Shown piece by piece: positions 21,459 to 30,864 of a stretch of 64,000 nt of DNA (position 1 is its first letter; every line of letters begins with the position of its first letter). The stretch is from the NCBI GenBank assembly GCA_910588935.1, contig CAJUSM010000005.1:2118-66117 (forward strand). The letters are read 5' to 3'. Both the position numbers and the translations under genes were made by a program. Source of the DNA: an uncultured Oscillospiraceae bacterium (lineage in GTDB: Bacteria > Bacillota > Clostridia > Oscillospirales > Acutalibacteraceae). A model generated the notes under the pieces. The model was not told the origin of the DNA, made no database searches, and saw only the letters and a program-made list of their open reading frames with translations.

Positions 21459-21683
21459 ATCCCGAAAATCAAAAAGGTCCCGGGGCTTTATGTCCAGTAC
21501 CTCGCAGAGCTTAAAGATTACGTCAAAGGATACCCCTACATTGCCCAGCTCTATGGCGCTGATATGGCTGCGGTCAATATCTGCCAGCTCCGCCAGCTGG
21601 AGCTGGGTAAGCTTTTTGCTTTTTCGGTAGTAGACTACGTTTAGGCCAAACTTTTCGTACAGCGGTTTGTATTCTGGTTTCAA
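21456..21683 (-). CDS. XRE family helix-turn-helix transcriptional regulator
   Basis: 75 aa; HTH KLTQLQLAELADIDRSHISAIELG. TTG start lies 8 nt after AGGAGG. Confidence 0.85.
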   Translation of the reverse strand: MKPEYKPLYEKFGLNVVYYRKSKKLTQLQLAELADIDRSHISAIELGNVGVSFDVIFKLCEVLDIKPRDLFDFRD

Positions 21684-21758
21684 AGCGCATCACCTCCTCC
21701 ACTTACATTGTATGGAGATGGCACGGAGAATAAACCTTGTACAAAAAGCGCGGCGATA

Positions 21759-21787
21759 TTGACACAAGTCATTTTGTGTGTTAATAT
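21759..21787 (+). promoter_or_regulatory. sigma-70-type promoter with inverted repeat in spacer
   Basis: TTGACA (21759-21764), 17-nt spacer, TAATAT (21782-21787). ACACAA-N6-TTGTGT lies at 21762-21779. Confidence 0.65.
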
Positions 21788-21836
21788 AGCCGGAGGGGCG
21801 TGAGAGGCAAATCTGTCGATTCTCTTACGATTCGCA

Positions 21837-21864
21837 GGTCCGCCTTGCGCGGGACCCGTTTTTT
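21837..21864 (+). terminator. intrinsic terminator ~70 nt downstream of the 21759 promoter (leader attenuator or short RNA end)
   Basis: GGTCCGC CTTGC GCGGGACC (one bulge) followed by CGTTTTTT. Confidence 0.6.
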
Positions 21865-21994
21865 CTGTAAAATAACAAATTAGGAAACCAGCCGTGGTTT
21901 TTTTATGGAGTGGTTTTACGCTTACCACAGAAGGCGCTCCTCTTTTTGGCTGGCTGAATGAAATTTGGGAATTGAGAAGGGAGATCATTTTAGT

Positions 21995-22708
21995 ATGCTT
22001 TCAATTAGCGGCGTTACCAAAAAGTACGGCAAGACCATTGCCAACGACAATATTAGCTTTGCTGTGGGTGACGGTCAAATCGGCATCCTCTTGGGCCCAA
22101 ACGGCGCGGGAAAATCCACCATTATCAAGTGCATTACCGGCTTGCTCCGCTTTACCGGGCGCATTGAGATCAACGGGTGCCTGAACACCTCGCAGGAGGC
22201 CAAGCGCCAGCTAGGTTATATTCCGGAGATTCCCGCGGTTTATGACCTGCTCACTGTTTCCGAGCATCTGGAATTTATCCGCCGGGCCTATAAGGAGTAC
22301 GACGAGGCTTACTCCCAGCGGCTGCTGGAACGGCTGGAGCTGTGGGAGAAAAGGGATAAGCTGGGCAAGGAGCTTTCCAAAGGAATGCAGCAAAAGCTCT
22401 CCATTTGCTGCGCCCTGTGCCACAAGCCCCAGGTAGCTGTGTTCGATGAACCTATGGTGGGCTTAGACCCCCATGCCATTAAAGAGCTGAAAAATATCTT
22501 TCGGGAGCTAAAGGCCTCCGGCGTCTCTATTCTGATCAGTACCCATATGATCGACTCGGTGGAAGACTACTGGGACCAGGCCAATATTATGATGAACGGC
22601 CGCTTTGCCGCCACCATGGCAAACAACGGCGGCGAGAACCAAAGCCTGGAGGAGCTGTTCTTCCAGATTACCGAGGGCGGCGCCCCGGAAGGGGGCGCGG
22701 CAAAATGA
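21995..22708 (+). CDS. ABC transporter ATP-binding protein
   Basis: ORF trimmed to ATG 21995 (MLSISGVTKKYG). Walker A GPNGAGKST, signature LSKGMQQKL, Walker B AVFDEP. Confidence 0.93.
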   Translation: MLSISGVTKKYGKTIANDNISFAVGDGQIGILLGPNGAGKSTIIKCITGLLRFTGRIEINGCLNTSQEAKRQLGYIPEIPAVYDLLTVSEHLEFIRRAYKEYDEAYSQRLLERLELWEKRDKLGKELSKGMQQKLSICCALCHKPQVAVFDEPMVGLDPHAIKELKNIFRELKASGVSILISTHMIDSVEDYWDQANIMMNGRFAATMANNGGENQSLEELFFQITEGGAPEGGAAK

Positions 22709-24336
22709 AAAGCCCCCTGATCTATCTTACCGTAATCAAGCTGAAAAACCAGCTGAAAGAGTCTATTCGCCACCCCTCCCGGCTGATTTACGGGGTGTTT
22801 CTTGTGGCAATGCTGGTGCTTGTTGTTGTTAGCGGCAATGTGGAGGGAGAAATGGACCTGCGCCCTCTCTCTGAGCTGACGGCTATTATGGTGCTTTTCT
22901 ACAGCATGATGTTTTTGTTCTCGTTTATGAACGGCGTAAACGGCGGGGCAGGGAATTACCCCATGTTTACCCTTTCCGATGTGAGCATTCTGTTTCCCTC
23001 TCCCCTGCGGCCAAACAAGGTGTTGGCCTACGGCCTGTTCCGCCAGTTGGGGCTCTCCCTGCTTATGGGCTTTTTCCTATTGTTCCAGTACAGCTGGCTT
23101 CACAGGGCCTATGGCCTGGAATACGCCCATTTGCTGCTGATTGTGGCTGGCTACGCCCTGAGCCTGTTTTTAGGCCAGGTATGCGCCATGGCCGCCTATA
23201 CCCGCACCAGCGGCAACGACAGCGCCAGGCAGGCGATAAAATATACTGTTTATGGCCTTGCCATTGCCTTTGTGGCTTGGATGCTATGGAGCGCTATGCC
23301 TGCCGGGCTGTTCTCCGGCCAGGGCCTTTCCACTTTGGATACTATGGAAGTTGTGGAAAAAGGGGCGGCCTTCCTCAGCACGGTGGGGGTTTACTTCCCA
23401 GTATCTGGCTGGGCGGCAGGCTTTATTGGGGGCCTGCTTGCCGGAGACTATGCCAGGGTGGGGATTAGCCTTGCCCTAATGGTTGCCACATTTGGGATTA
23501 TGCTTTTGCTGGTTATAAAAAACAAGAACAATTATTACGAGGATGTGCTCCAGACCGCGGAGACGGCCCAGTCGGCCATTACTGCCAAAAAGGAGGGCCA
23601 ACCCGCGGAGGTGGTCCCAAAGAAAGTGCGGGTAGGCAAAACCGGGCTGAATCAAGGCACAGGGGCTGGGGTAATCTTTTTTAAGCATATGGTAGAAAAC
23701 CGCAGGTCCGGGGTGTTTCTGTTCTCTAAGATGACGGTAATCTTTATGGCAATTATCATTGGCACAGCTTTCGTTTATGGCCAGATTTTCAGCGAAGAAG
23801 AGGGCAAGGCGGCGCTGGTGGCCCTGTTTGCCATGAGCACCTATATGCAGATGTTCTCCGAGGGCATGGGCCGGTTTAGCTGGGAGCTGAGCAAGCCTTA
23901 CCTGTATCTTATCCCCGAGCCGCCCTTTAAAAAGCTGCTGATGGCCACAGCGGAAACCCTGCTGGCCGACTGCCTTGAGGCGGTGGTCATTTATGTGCCG
24001 GTGTCGGCCATTCTGGGGCTGGACCCTCTCACCTGTGTGCTATGCATCCTGGCCCGCATTTCCTTTGCCCTGCTGTTCACCTCTGGGAACATTATGGTGG
24101 AGCGGGTGTTCGGCACTGTGCGGTCGAAAGGCCTTATGCTGTTTTTCTACTTTATCGCCCTAATCCTTTTGGCGCTGCCTGGGCTTGGGCTGGGGTTAGG
24201 GCTTAACATTTCGGGGATTCTGCCAGGTTCGGCAGGTACTTTGCTGGGCATAATAGCGGGGAATATTCCGGTGGCGTTAATTGTTATGTTCCTGTGCCGG
24301 AACCTGCTGCAGTACGCGGAGCTAAACGGCAAATAG
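22705..24336 (+). CDS. putative ABC exporter permease (ABC_export-like polytopic protein)
   Basis: 543 aa, ~12 predicted TM helices. Start overlaps the ATPase stop (ATGA). Confidence 0.7.
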   Translation: MKSPLIYLTVIKLKNQLKESIRHPSRLIYGVFLVAMLVLVVVSGNVEGEMDLRPLSELTAIMVLFYSMMFLFSFMNGVNGGAGNYPMFTLSDVSILFPSPLRPNKVLAYGLFRQLGLSLLMGFFLLFQYSWLHRAYGLEYAHLLLIVAGYALSLFLGQVCAMAAYTRTSGNDSARQAIKYTVYGLAIAFVAWMLWSAMPAGLFSGQGLSTLDTMEVVEKGAAFLSTVGVYFPVSGWAAGFIGGLLAGDYARVGISLALMVATFGIMLLLVIKNKNNYYEDVLQTAETAQSAITAKKEGQPAEVVPKKVRVGKTGLNQGTGAGVIFFKHMVENRRSGVFLFSKMTVIFMAIIIGTAFVYGQIFSEEEGKAALVALFAMSTYMQMFSEGMGRFSWELSKPYLYLIPEPPFKKLLMATAETLLADCLEAVVIYVPVSAILGLDPLTCVLCILARISFALLFTSGNIMVERVFGTVRSKGLMLFFYFIALILLALPGLGLGLGLNISGILPGSAGTLLGIIAGNIPVALIVMFLCRNLLQYAELNGK

Positions 24337-24457
24337 TCTGCCAAAGCCAGAGCAACTATAGCTCATGTGGTTCAGAGGCAACAAAGCTGCTTTTGAACTG
24401 GCGGCTATGCCGCCTAATGGAGAATCGGCAGATACCGATTGTGTTTACCATAAACTG

Positions 24458-24506
24458 AAAAAAACCGCTTGGGCGGGCCTTTCCAGGCTCATCCAGCGGT
24501 TTTTTG
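24458..24506. terminator. bidirectional terminator between convergent ABC permease and kinase genes
   Basis: AAAAAAACCGCTTGG ... CCAGCGGTTTTTTGG. Confidence 0.6.
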
Positions 24507-24538
24507 GCGTTTTCTCTTGACCTTTTCCACCAACTATA

Positions 24539-25114
24539 TTATGATAGATTTCTCTGAACAGCGTGACGGATGTGCCGGGCAAGCACCTGGTTTGCTAGGT
24601 CTGAGGGGGAGGAGCCGTTTAAAATAAGATCTGCCCGCCATTTGGTGGGTTCAATATACTGCTGGTGGCGGTAGCGCACCATGTCCAGGTAAACCTGGGC
24701 GATTTCATCAAAACCCAGGCCCCGCTGGGTCATGTTTCGCTTTAGCCGGCGCACAATCCGTTCATCGGCCTGGCAGTCTATAAAGAGCTTTAAGTCCAGC
24801 TGCTCGTACAGCCAGTCGTACCACAGGGCGAAAAGCCCCTCCACCAGAACGAGGGCTTGCCCTTGGGCCACGGCCTGGGCCAGGTCCTCTTTTAGCTGCG
24901 GGTGATCAATGGTTTCGGGGCAGTTGTCGTCGTAATACTCTATACCGGTAACGTGAGCCTGGGCCTTGGGGCGGGTGGAGTCAGGCTTAAAATAGCTATC
25001 CATGTGGAATACTTGGGGGTGTAGGTCAGAAAGCTGGGTTTCCAGCCAGGCGGCAAAGGTGGATTTTCCGCTGGCGGTGCCCCCGGATATGCCAATTATG
25101 TAGGGTTTGCGCAT
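24539..25114 (-). CDS. uridine kinase/PRK family P-loop nucleoside kinase
   Basis: 191 aa; IIGISGGTASGKST Walker A; HMDSYF; FIDCQADERIVRRLKRN. Confidence 0.75.
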   Translation of the reverse strand: MRKPYIIGISGGTASGKSTFAAWLETQLSDLHPQVFHMDSYFKPDSTRPKAQAHVTGIEYYDDNCPETIDHPQLKEDLAQAVAQGQALVLVEGLFALWYDWLYEQLDLKLFIDCQADERIVRRLKRNMTQRGLGFDEIAQVYLDMVRYRHQQYIEPTKWRADLILNGSSPSDLANQVLARHIRHAVQRNLS

Positions 25115-25349
25115 GGTGAGCCTCCTTATGGGGTGGTGTTTGAGATGATTATACTATAGAATGCAGGTAGAGCGCAAGCAAATGCCAATAGAAGCGGGAA
25201 AAAGCAGCTTTCAGGGGCTGGCGGGCGCGGAAGGATAGGGCCACGGCTTGGCACTGCCAGGCCTGCCACACTTTGTTAAGAAGGATCCTGATATCGTGAT
25301 CCGGAATTTTTGTTATTTGGACACCTAAAGGAAGAAAAGGAGTGATTGG

Positions 25350-26609
25350 ATGTTTGAAAATGAACAGACCCAGGAGCGGGCTTTGCTAGTTTCTTTGGAT
25401 ACGGGTGAGTATGACGTGGAGGCCTCTTTGGCGGAACTGGAAGAACTGACCAAAAGTGCCGGGGCAGACCCTGCCTTTACCTTAACCCAGAAGCGCCCCG
25501 CCCCCGACCCCGCCACCTGCCTGGGCTCCGGTATGGCCCAGGAGGCCGGGGACCTGGTGAAGCGGGAGGCGCTGGACCTGGCTATTTTCGACCGGGAGCT
25601 GAGCCCTACCCAGATTCGGAACCTGGAAAAGCTGTTTGGCGTTCGGGTTATCGACCGCACTACCTTAATTCTGGATATTTTTGCCCAACGTGCCCGCAGC
25701 AGGGAGGGCCAGCTCCAGGTGGAGCTGGCTCAGCTGCGGTATATGCTCCCCCGGCTGGCTGGTCAGGGCACCGCCCTTTCTCGGCTGGGCGGCGGCATTG
25801 GCACTAGGGGCCCTGGCGAGACAAAGCTGGAAACCGACCGAAGGCACATCCGCCGGCGCATTGGGAACCTGAAGGAACAGCTGGCAGATTCCCAAGCCGC
25901 CCGGGAGATTACCGAAAAAAGGCGGAAGAAAAACTCTGTGGTTACCGTGGCTTTGGTTGGCTATACAAATGCGGGTAAGTCCACCCTGATGAACCGGCTA
26001 ACCCAGGCCGGGGTGCTGGCGGAGGACAAACTTTTCGCCACCCTGGATCCCACCGCCCGGGCCCTAAAGCTGCCTAGCGGCAAAAATGTTATGCTCATTG
26101 ATACAGTGGGCCTTATCCGCCGACTGCCCCACCATCTGGTAGAGGCCTTTCAATCTACCCTGGAGCAGGCGGCTAACGCGGATATTTTGCTGAATATTTG
26201 CGATGCCTCCAGCCTGGAGGCCAGGGAGCACCTGGCGGTAACAGAGGAGCTGCTGCGCAGCTTGGGCAGCGGGGACCGGCCGGTGATCCCGGTGCTGAAC
26301 AAATGGGACGCGGTGGAGGATGAGGAAAACGCGCCCCGGCTTCCTGGGGCAGTAAGAATCAGCGCCCTGAATGGGGAAGGCATTGACCGGTTGCTCCAGG
26401 CAGTGGAGGAAAACCTGCCGGAAAAGACCTTTGAGGCAGAGCTGCTGTTCCCCTTTGCCAAAACCGGCTTGGCCGCCAGGCTTCGGGAAGAGGGGGCGGT
26501 GCTTAGGGAGGAGTATACAGAGAAGGGCCTGCGGGTTACGGCCAGAGTGGACCAGCGCCTATATGGCCCGGTAAAAGACTTTGATATGAACCACATGGAA
26601 GAGGAGTGA
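25350..26609 (+). CDS. hflX: GTPase HflX
   Basis: 419 aa; HflX N-domain (LSPTQIRNLEKLFGVRVIDRTTLILDIFAQRA); G1 GYTNAGKST; DTVG. Confidence 0.93.
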   Translation: MFENEQTQERALLVSLDTGEYDVEASLAELEELTKSAGADPAFTLTQKRPAPDPATCLGSGMAQEAGDLVKREALDLAIFDRELSPTQIRNLEKLFGVRVIDRTTLILDIFAQRARSREGQLQVELAQLRYMLPRLAGQGTALSRLGGGIGTRGPGETKLETDRRHIRRRIGNLKEQLADSQAAREITEKRRKKNSVVTVALVGYTNAGKSTLMNRLTQAGVLAEDKLFATLDPTARALKLPSGKNVMLIDTVGLIRRLPHHLVEAFQSTLEQAANADILLNICDASSLEAREHLAVTEELLRSLGSGDRPVIPVLNKWDAVEDEENAPRLPGAVRISALNGEGIDRLLQAVEENLPEKTFEAELLFPFAKTGLAARLREEGAVLREEYTEKGLRVTARVDQRLYGPVKDFDMNHMEEE

Positions 26610-26615
26610 TCTGCT

Positions 26616-27188
26616 ATGTTCTATCACGCAAGCCCGGTTCATTGTATAGAAATTTTGGAGCCAAGGGCCTCCAACCATGGAACGCCCCAGGTGTACCTCT
26701 CTAAAAAGCGGGAGAATGTGCTGCCTTACCTTTCCAATGCGGTGGAGAAGTACTGCAGGGAAACCGGCTTTGCCCAGGAGGGCCCCTGGCATAAGTGGGG
26801 AAGCTATGGGTTCCAGGCAGGAAAGCTCTGTCTGGATGAATACTATCCCAACGCCCTGCGGGATACTTATGCAGGGGTTTCTGGGTATATCTACTGTGTA
26901 GAGTCTGTTCCAGGGGGAGAGCCTATGGCGGATATCCCTGGCGGGGTGGCCACCAGAGAGCCTGTGCCCGTGGCTGGCTGCGAGTTTGTCCCCGATGCGC
27001 TGGAGGCAATCCTCGCGGCAGAGGAGGCAGGGCAGCTGGCAATCCGCTGGTACCATCAGCTCCCAGAAGAAATGCTCCGGTGGATTGAGGCCAGCATCCG
27101 GCAGGAATATATTTCACAGGACAGCTCCCCTAAGTACCGGCACTTTTTAAAGGGCAAGTTCCCTGAAATTACGGCTGGGCTGGGATAA
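26616..27188 (+). CDS. hypothetical protein
   Basis: 190-aa ORF starting 6 nt after the hflX stop. I recognise no family. Confidence 0.55.
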   Translation: MFYHASPVHCIEILEPRASNHGTPQVYLSKKRENVLPYLSNAVEKYCRETGFAQEGPWHKWGSYGFQAGKLCLDEYYPNALRDTYAGVSGYIYCVESVPGGEPMADIPGGVATREPVPVAGCEFVPDALEAILAAEEAGQLAIRWYHQLPEEMLRWIEASIRQEYISQDSSPKYRHFLKGKFPEITAGLG

Positions 27189-27227
27189 AATGCATACATA
27201 TTCCATTAAAATGAATATTTATGCAAA
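27189..27227. promoter_or_regulatory. tandem ARG boxes (ArgR operator)
   Basis: TGCATACATATTCC (27191-27204) and TGAATATTTATGCA (27212-27225), compared with the TGAAT-w4-ATTCA consensus. Two 18-bp boxes 3 bp apart, together a near-perfect 35-bp palindrome. Confidence 0.7.
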
Positions 27228-27234
27228 AATCCTC

Positions 27235-27262
27235 TTGATTTTCAGGGGATTGGGTGTATAAT
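27235..27262 (+). promoter_or_regulatory. sigma-70-type promoter of argG
   Basis: TTGATT (27235-27240), 16-nt spacer, TATAAT (27257-27262). Confidence 0.65.
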
Positions 27263-27363
27263 GGAAGGCAGAGAAGGGAAACGGCAGAAAGCTTTCCCAT
27301 AGCATTGGCGGAACCATACAAAAAATATATATGAAACCAATTAAGGAAAGGACGATTTGTAAA

Positions 27364-28590
27364 ATGGCAAACGAAATAAAAAAGGTTGTGCTGGCTTATT
27401 CTGGCGGCCTAGATACCTCAATCATTATTCCTTGGCTTAAGGAGAATTACAACAACTGCGAGGTAATTGCTGTTTCTGGCGACGTAGGCCAGGGCACCGA
27501 GCTGGACGGCCTGGAGGAAAAGGCCAAAAAGACCGGCGCCTCTAAGCTTTATGTGCTGGACCTGAAAGAGGAGTTTGTGCAGGACTATGTATACCCCACC
27601 TTGAAGGCTGGGGCGATTTATGAGAATAAGTATTTGCTTGGCACCTCCTTTGCCCGGCCTATTATTGCCAAGGGCATTGTGGAAATTGCCAAGAAAGAGG
27701 GAGCGGACGCCATCTGCCACGGCTGCACAGGCAAGGGCAACGACCAAGTGCGTTTTGAGCTGGCCATTAAGGCCTTTGCCCCAGATATGAAGATTATTGC
27801 CCCCTGGCGCATTTGGGATATAAAGTCTCGCGAGGAAGAAATTGCATACGCGGAAGCCCACAATATCCCCCTGAAAATTAACAGGGAAACCAACTACTCC
27901 AAAGATAAGAACCTGTGGCATCTCTCCCACGAGGGCCTGGACCTGGAAAATCCCGGAAACGAGCCTCAGTACCAAAAGCCCGGCTTTCTGGAGCTGGGGG
28001 TTGCCCCAGAGCAGGCCCCGGACGAGCCTGCCTACCTAACCCTGCATTTTGAAAAGGGCGTGCCCACCTTGCTGGACGGCCAGGCCCTGAACGGCGTTCA
28101 GATGGTGGAAAAGCTCAACGAGCTGGGCGGCAAAAACGGTATTGGCTTGGCGGATATCATCGAAAACCGCTTGGTGGGCATGAAGTCCCGGGGCGTGTAC
28201 GAAACTCCCGGCGGCACAATCTTGTACCATGCCCACAACAAGCTGGAGGAGCTGTGCCTGGATAAGGAGACCTATCATTACAAGCAGCAGGTGGCTTTAA
28301 AGTTTGCGGATTTGGTATATAACGGCCAGTGGTATACCCCCCTGCGCCAGGCCCTCTCCGCCTTTGTGGATTCCACCCAGGAAACCGTTACCGGCGATGT
28401 AAAGCTGAAGCTGTACAAGGGCAATATAATTGACGCCGGGGTGACCGCCCCTTATTCGCTATATGATGAGGAGATTGCCACCTTTGATGAGGACGAGGTT
28501 TATAATCAGGCGGATTCCGCTGGGTTCATCAACCTCTTTGGGCTGCCCATTAAGGTGCAGGCCAAGAAGGGCCTAACCTACGACAAATGA
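27364..28590 (+). CDS. argG: argininosuccinate synthase
   Basis: ORF trimmed to ATG 27364 ([19 protein letters not shown]); [13 protein letters not shown]. Confidence 0.96.
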   Translation: MANEIKKVVLAYSGGLDTSIIIPWLKENYNNCEVIAVSGDVGQGTELDGLEEKAKKTGASKLYVLDLKEEFVQDYVYPTLKAGAIYENKYLLGTSFARPIIAKGIVEIAKKEGADAICHGCTGKGNDQVRFELAIKAFAPDMKIIAPWRIWDIKSREEEIAYAEAHNIPLKINRETNYSKDKNLWHLSHEGLDLENPGNEPQYQKPGFLELGVAPEQAPDEPAYLTLHFEKGVPTLLDGQALNGVQMVEKLNELGGKNGIGLADIIENRLVGMKSRGVYETPGGTILYHAHNKLEELCLDKETYHYKQQVALKFADLVYNGQWYTPLRQALSAFVDSTQETVTGDVKLKLYKGNIIDAGVTAPYSLYDEEIATFDEDEVYNQADSAGFINLFGLPIKVQAKKGLTYDK

Positions 28591-28716
28591 CAGGCGGACT
28601 TTGACAAGGATCGGAAATATGTTATTGAGCCCGAATTCCGCCGCAAAGGCCTTATAGAAGGCTGGGGTTCTACACATATCAGTACGAAATTGAGAAAACC
28701 TCTAAGGTGGGTTAAT

Positions 28717-29271
28717 ATGGAGCAGATCGATATTTATGACCAGTTTGGGGAGCCCACGGGGGTTGTTCGAGATAAAGAGGCGCCTTTGGGCCCTGACGAG
28801 TACCGCATGGCTGTAGGAATGTGGATTGTAGATAAAAGCGGCAGGCTATTCCTTACCCGCCGCAGCCCGAAAAAGCGCTATGCTCCAGGCAAATGGGAGA
28901 ACCCCGCCGGCCATGTGCAGGCGGGGGAAACCCCTATTCACGGGGTGATCCGGGAGCTTTTTGAGGAGACGGGCCTGACTGTTGCGGAGAGCCAGATCCA
29001 GCTGCTGGGCTGCTCCTGCTCCTGGCCCTATTTGGGCCGGGACTATGGGGTATATATGAATGTTAACCTGGATGAGGTGCGGTTCCAGAAAGGGGAAACC
29101 TGCGGCGCCAAGTGGGTGACCTTTCAGGAGTTTGCACAGATGGCCCAGGCAGGAGAGTTTGCCCCCTCGCTTACCCGGCATATGCGGGGTTACCGCCAGG
29201 CTTTTCTGGAATTCACCGGCAACTCTCACAGCCAGGCCCTGGATTTTCTGATAGGGGAGGAAAACAAATGA
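28717..29271 (+). CDS. NUDIX hydrolase
   Basis: Nudix box GHVQAGETPIHGVIRELFEETGL. ATG 28717 lies 6 nt after AAGGTGG. Confidence 0.85.
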   Translation: MEQIDIYDQFGEPTGVVRDKEAPLGPDEYRMAVGMWIVDKSGRLFLTRRSPKKRYAPGKWENPAGHVQAGETPIHGVIRELFEETGLTVAESQIQLLGCSCSWPYLGRDYGVYMNVNLDEVRFQKGETCGAKWVTFQEFAQMAQAGEFAPSLTRHMRGYRQAFLEFTGNSHSQALDFLIGEENK

Positions 29272-30644
29272 AGCTATGGAAAGGCCGTTTTAAAAAGGAG
29301 GCCGATCCCAAAACCAACGACTTTAATTCCAGCATTGCCTTTGACAGCCGGATGTACCGGCAGGATATTGAGGGCAGCATTGCCCACGCCACTATGCTGG
29401 GCAAGCAGGGGATCATTGATAAAGAGGAAAGCATGAAGATCTGTGTGGAGCTGGGAAAGCTCCGAGAGGATATAGAGAGCGGGGCCCTGGCCATAGACCC
29501 GGACGCCGAGGATATCCACACCTTTGTAGAGCAGGAGCTTACCGCCCGCATTGGCAACGCCGGCAAGCGCCTGCACACCGGCCGCAGCCGAAACGACCAG
29601 GTGGCCCTGGATATCCGCCTGACCCTGCGGGAGGCCTGCCTGGGCTTAAAGGCCCAGCTTCGGGATCTGGTGCGGGTGCTGGGAGAAAAGGCTCTGGTTT
29701 ACAAGGCCGCTGTTATGCCTGGCTATACCCACATGCAGCGTGCCCAGCCGGTAACCTTTGGCCACCATTTGCTGGCCTATGCGGAAATGCTATTGCGGGA
29801 TATCGGCCGGTTTGACGATGCTCTGAAGCGCATGGATCAGTGCCCTTTGGGCAGCGGCGCCCTGGCTGGCACCACCTATCCCCTGGACCGGGAGCTTACC
29901 GCCAGCCTGCTGGGATTTTCCGGGCCCACCCAGAACAGTTTGGACGGGGTGTCTGACCGGGACTTCTGCGCCGAAATCGCCTTTGCGGTTTCCATGGCCA
30001 TGGTCCACCTCTCTCGCCTGTGCGAGGAGCTAGTGCTGTGGTGCTCTTGGGAATTCCGGTTTATCGAGCTGGATGACGCTTTCTGTACTGGCTCCAGCAT
30101 TATGCCCCAAAAGAAAAACCCCGATTTGGCGGAGCTGATTAGAGGAAAATCCGGCCGGGTGTTTGGGGACCTGACCGCCCTGCTCACCATGATGAAGGGC
30201 TTGCCTCTGGCCTATAATAAGGACATGCAGGAGGACAAGGAGGCGGTGTTCGACGCGGTGGATACCCTGAAGCTGTGCCTGACCCCACTGGCTCCCATGC
30301 TGGAAACCATGACTGTGCGAGAGGACAATATGCGCCGGGCGGCGGCAAAGGGCTTTATTAACGCCACAGACTGCGCGGATTATTTGGTGTCTCAAAAGGG
30401 CCTGCCTTTCCGGGATGCCTATAAGATCACCGGGGAGCTGGTGGCCTTGTGCATCGACCAAGGGTTGACCCTGGAGGAGCTGCCCCTGGAGGAGTACCAG
30501 AAGGTGTGCGAAAGCTTTGACCAAGGGGTATACCAAGCCATTTCCTTAGAGCGGGCCACAGGGGACCGAAAGGTATTGGGGGGGCCTGCCCCAGAGAATG
30601 TGGAAGCCCAGGCTAAGCGGGTGCTGGGTCTGGTGAAGAAATAA
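29268..30644 (+). CDS. argH: argininosuccinate lyase
   Basis: ORF trimmed to ATG 29268 (MKLWKGRFKKE). Signature GSSIMPQKKNP. ATGA overlap with the NUDIX stop. Confidence 0.96.
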   Translation: MKLWKGRFKKEADPKTNDFNSSIAFDSRMYRQDIEGSIAHATMLGKQGIIDKEESMKICVELGKLREDIESGALAIDPDAEDIHTFVEQELTARIGNAGKRLHTGRSRNDQVALDIRLTLREACLGLKAQLRDLVRVLGEKALVYKAAVMPGYTHMQRAQPVTFGHHLLAYAEMLLRDIGRFDDALKRMDQCPLGSGALAGTTYPLDRELTASLLGFSGPTQNSLDGVSDRDFCAEIAFAVSMAMVHLSRLCEELVLWCSWEFRFIELDDAFCTGSSIMPQKKNPDLAELIRGKSGRVFGDLTALLTMMKGLPLAYNKDMQEDKEAVFDAVDTLKLCLTPLAPMLETMTVREDNMRRAAAKGFINATDCADYLVSQKGLPFRDAYKITGELVALCIDQGLTLEELPLEEYQKVCESFDQGVYQAISLERATGDRKVLGGPAPENVEAQAKRVLGLVKK

Positions 30645-30864
30645 GGAAAACACAGAATCAGCAGGACAATAAGAGAAACAGCGTATGTTTAGATGCCAGT
30701 ACAGCGCCTACCGAAACACTGGCGAAGGCCAAGGGCAAGGGCTTGCCTAGCCCGCCTTTTTCTCACTGAGGGCGTATAGACTTATTGCGCGGCTTTGCTT
30801 CTATCATTTGGCATAACCATACACCACAGCGCCTCGGGGCGCGGGAAAGGAAAGTGTAAATTAT

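Noticed and set aside
21792-21880. 27-codon leader peptide (GTG 21800) spanning the leader terminator
   Set aside because: The GGAGG is only 3 nt from the GTG and probably lies upstream of or at the transcription start. The peptide has no regulatory codon runs.
24350-24420. tRNA-like D-arm string TAGCTCATGTGGTTCAGAGG
   Set aside because: There is no matching acceptor stem, anticodon arm or GTTCRANNC T-loop downstream, so it is not a tRNA.
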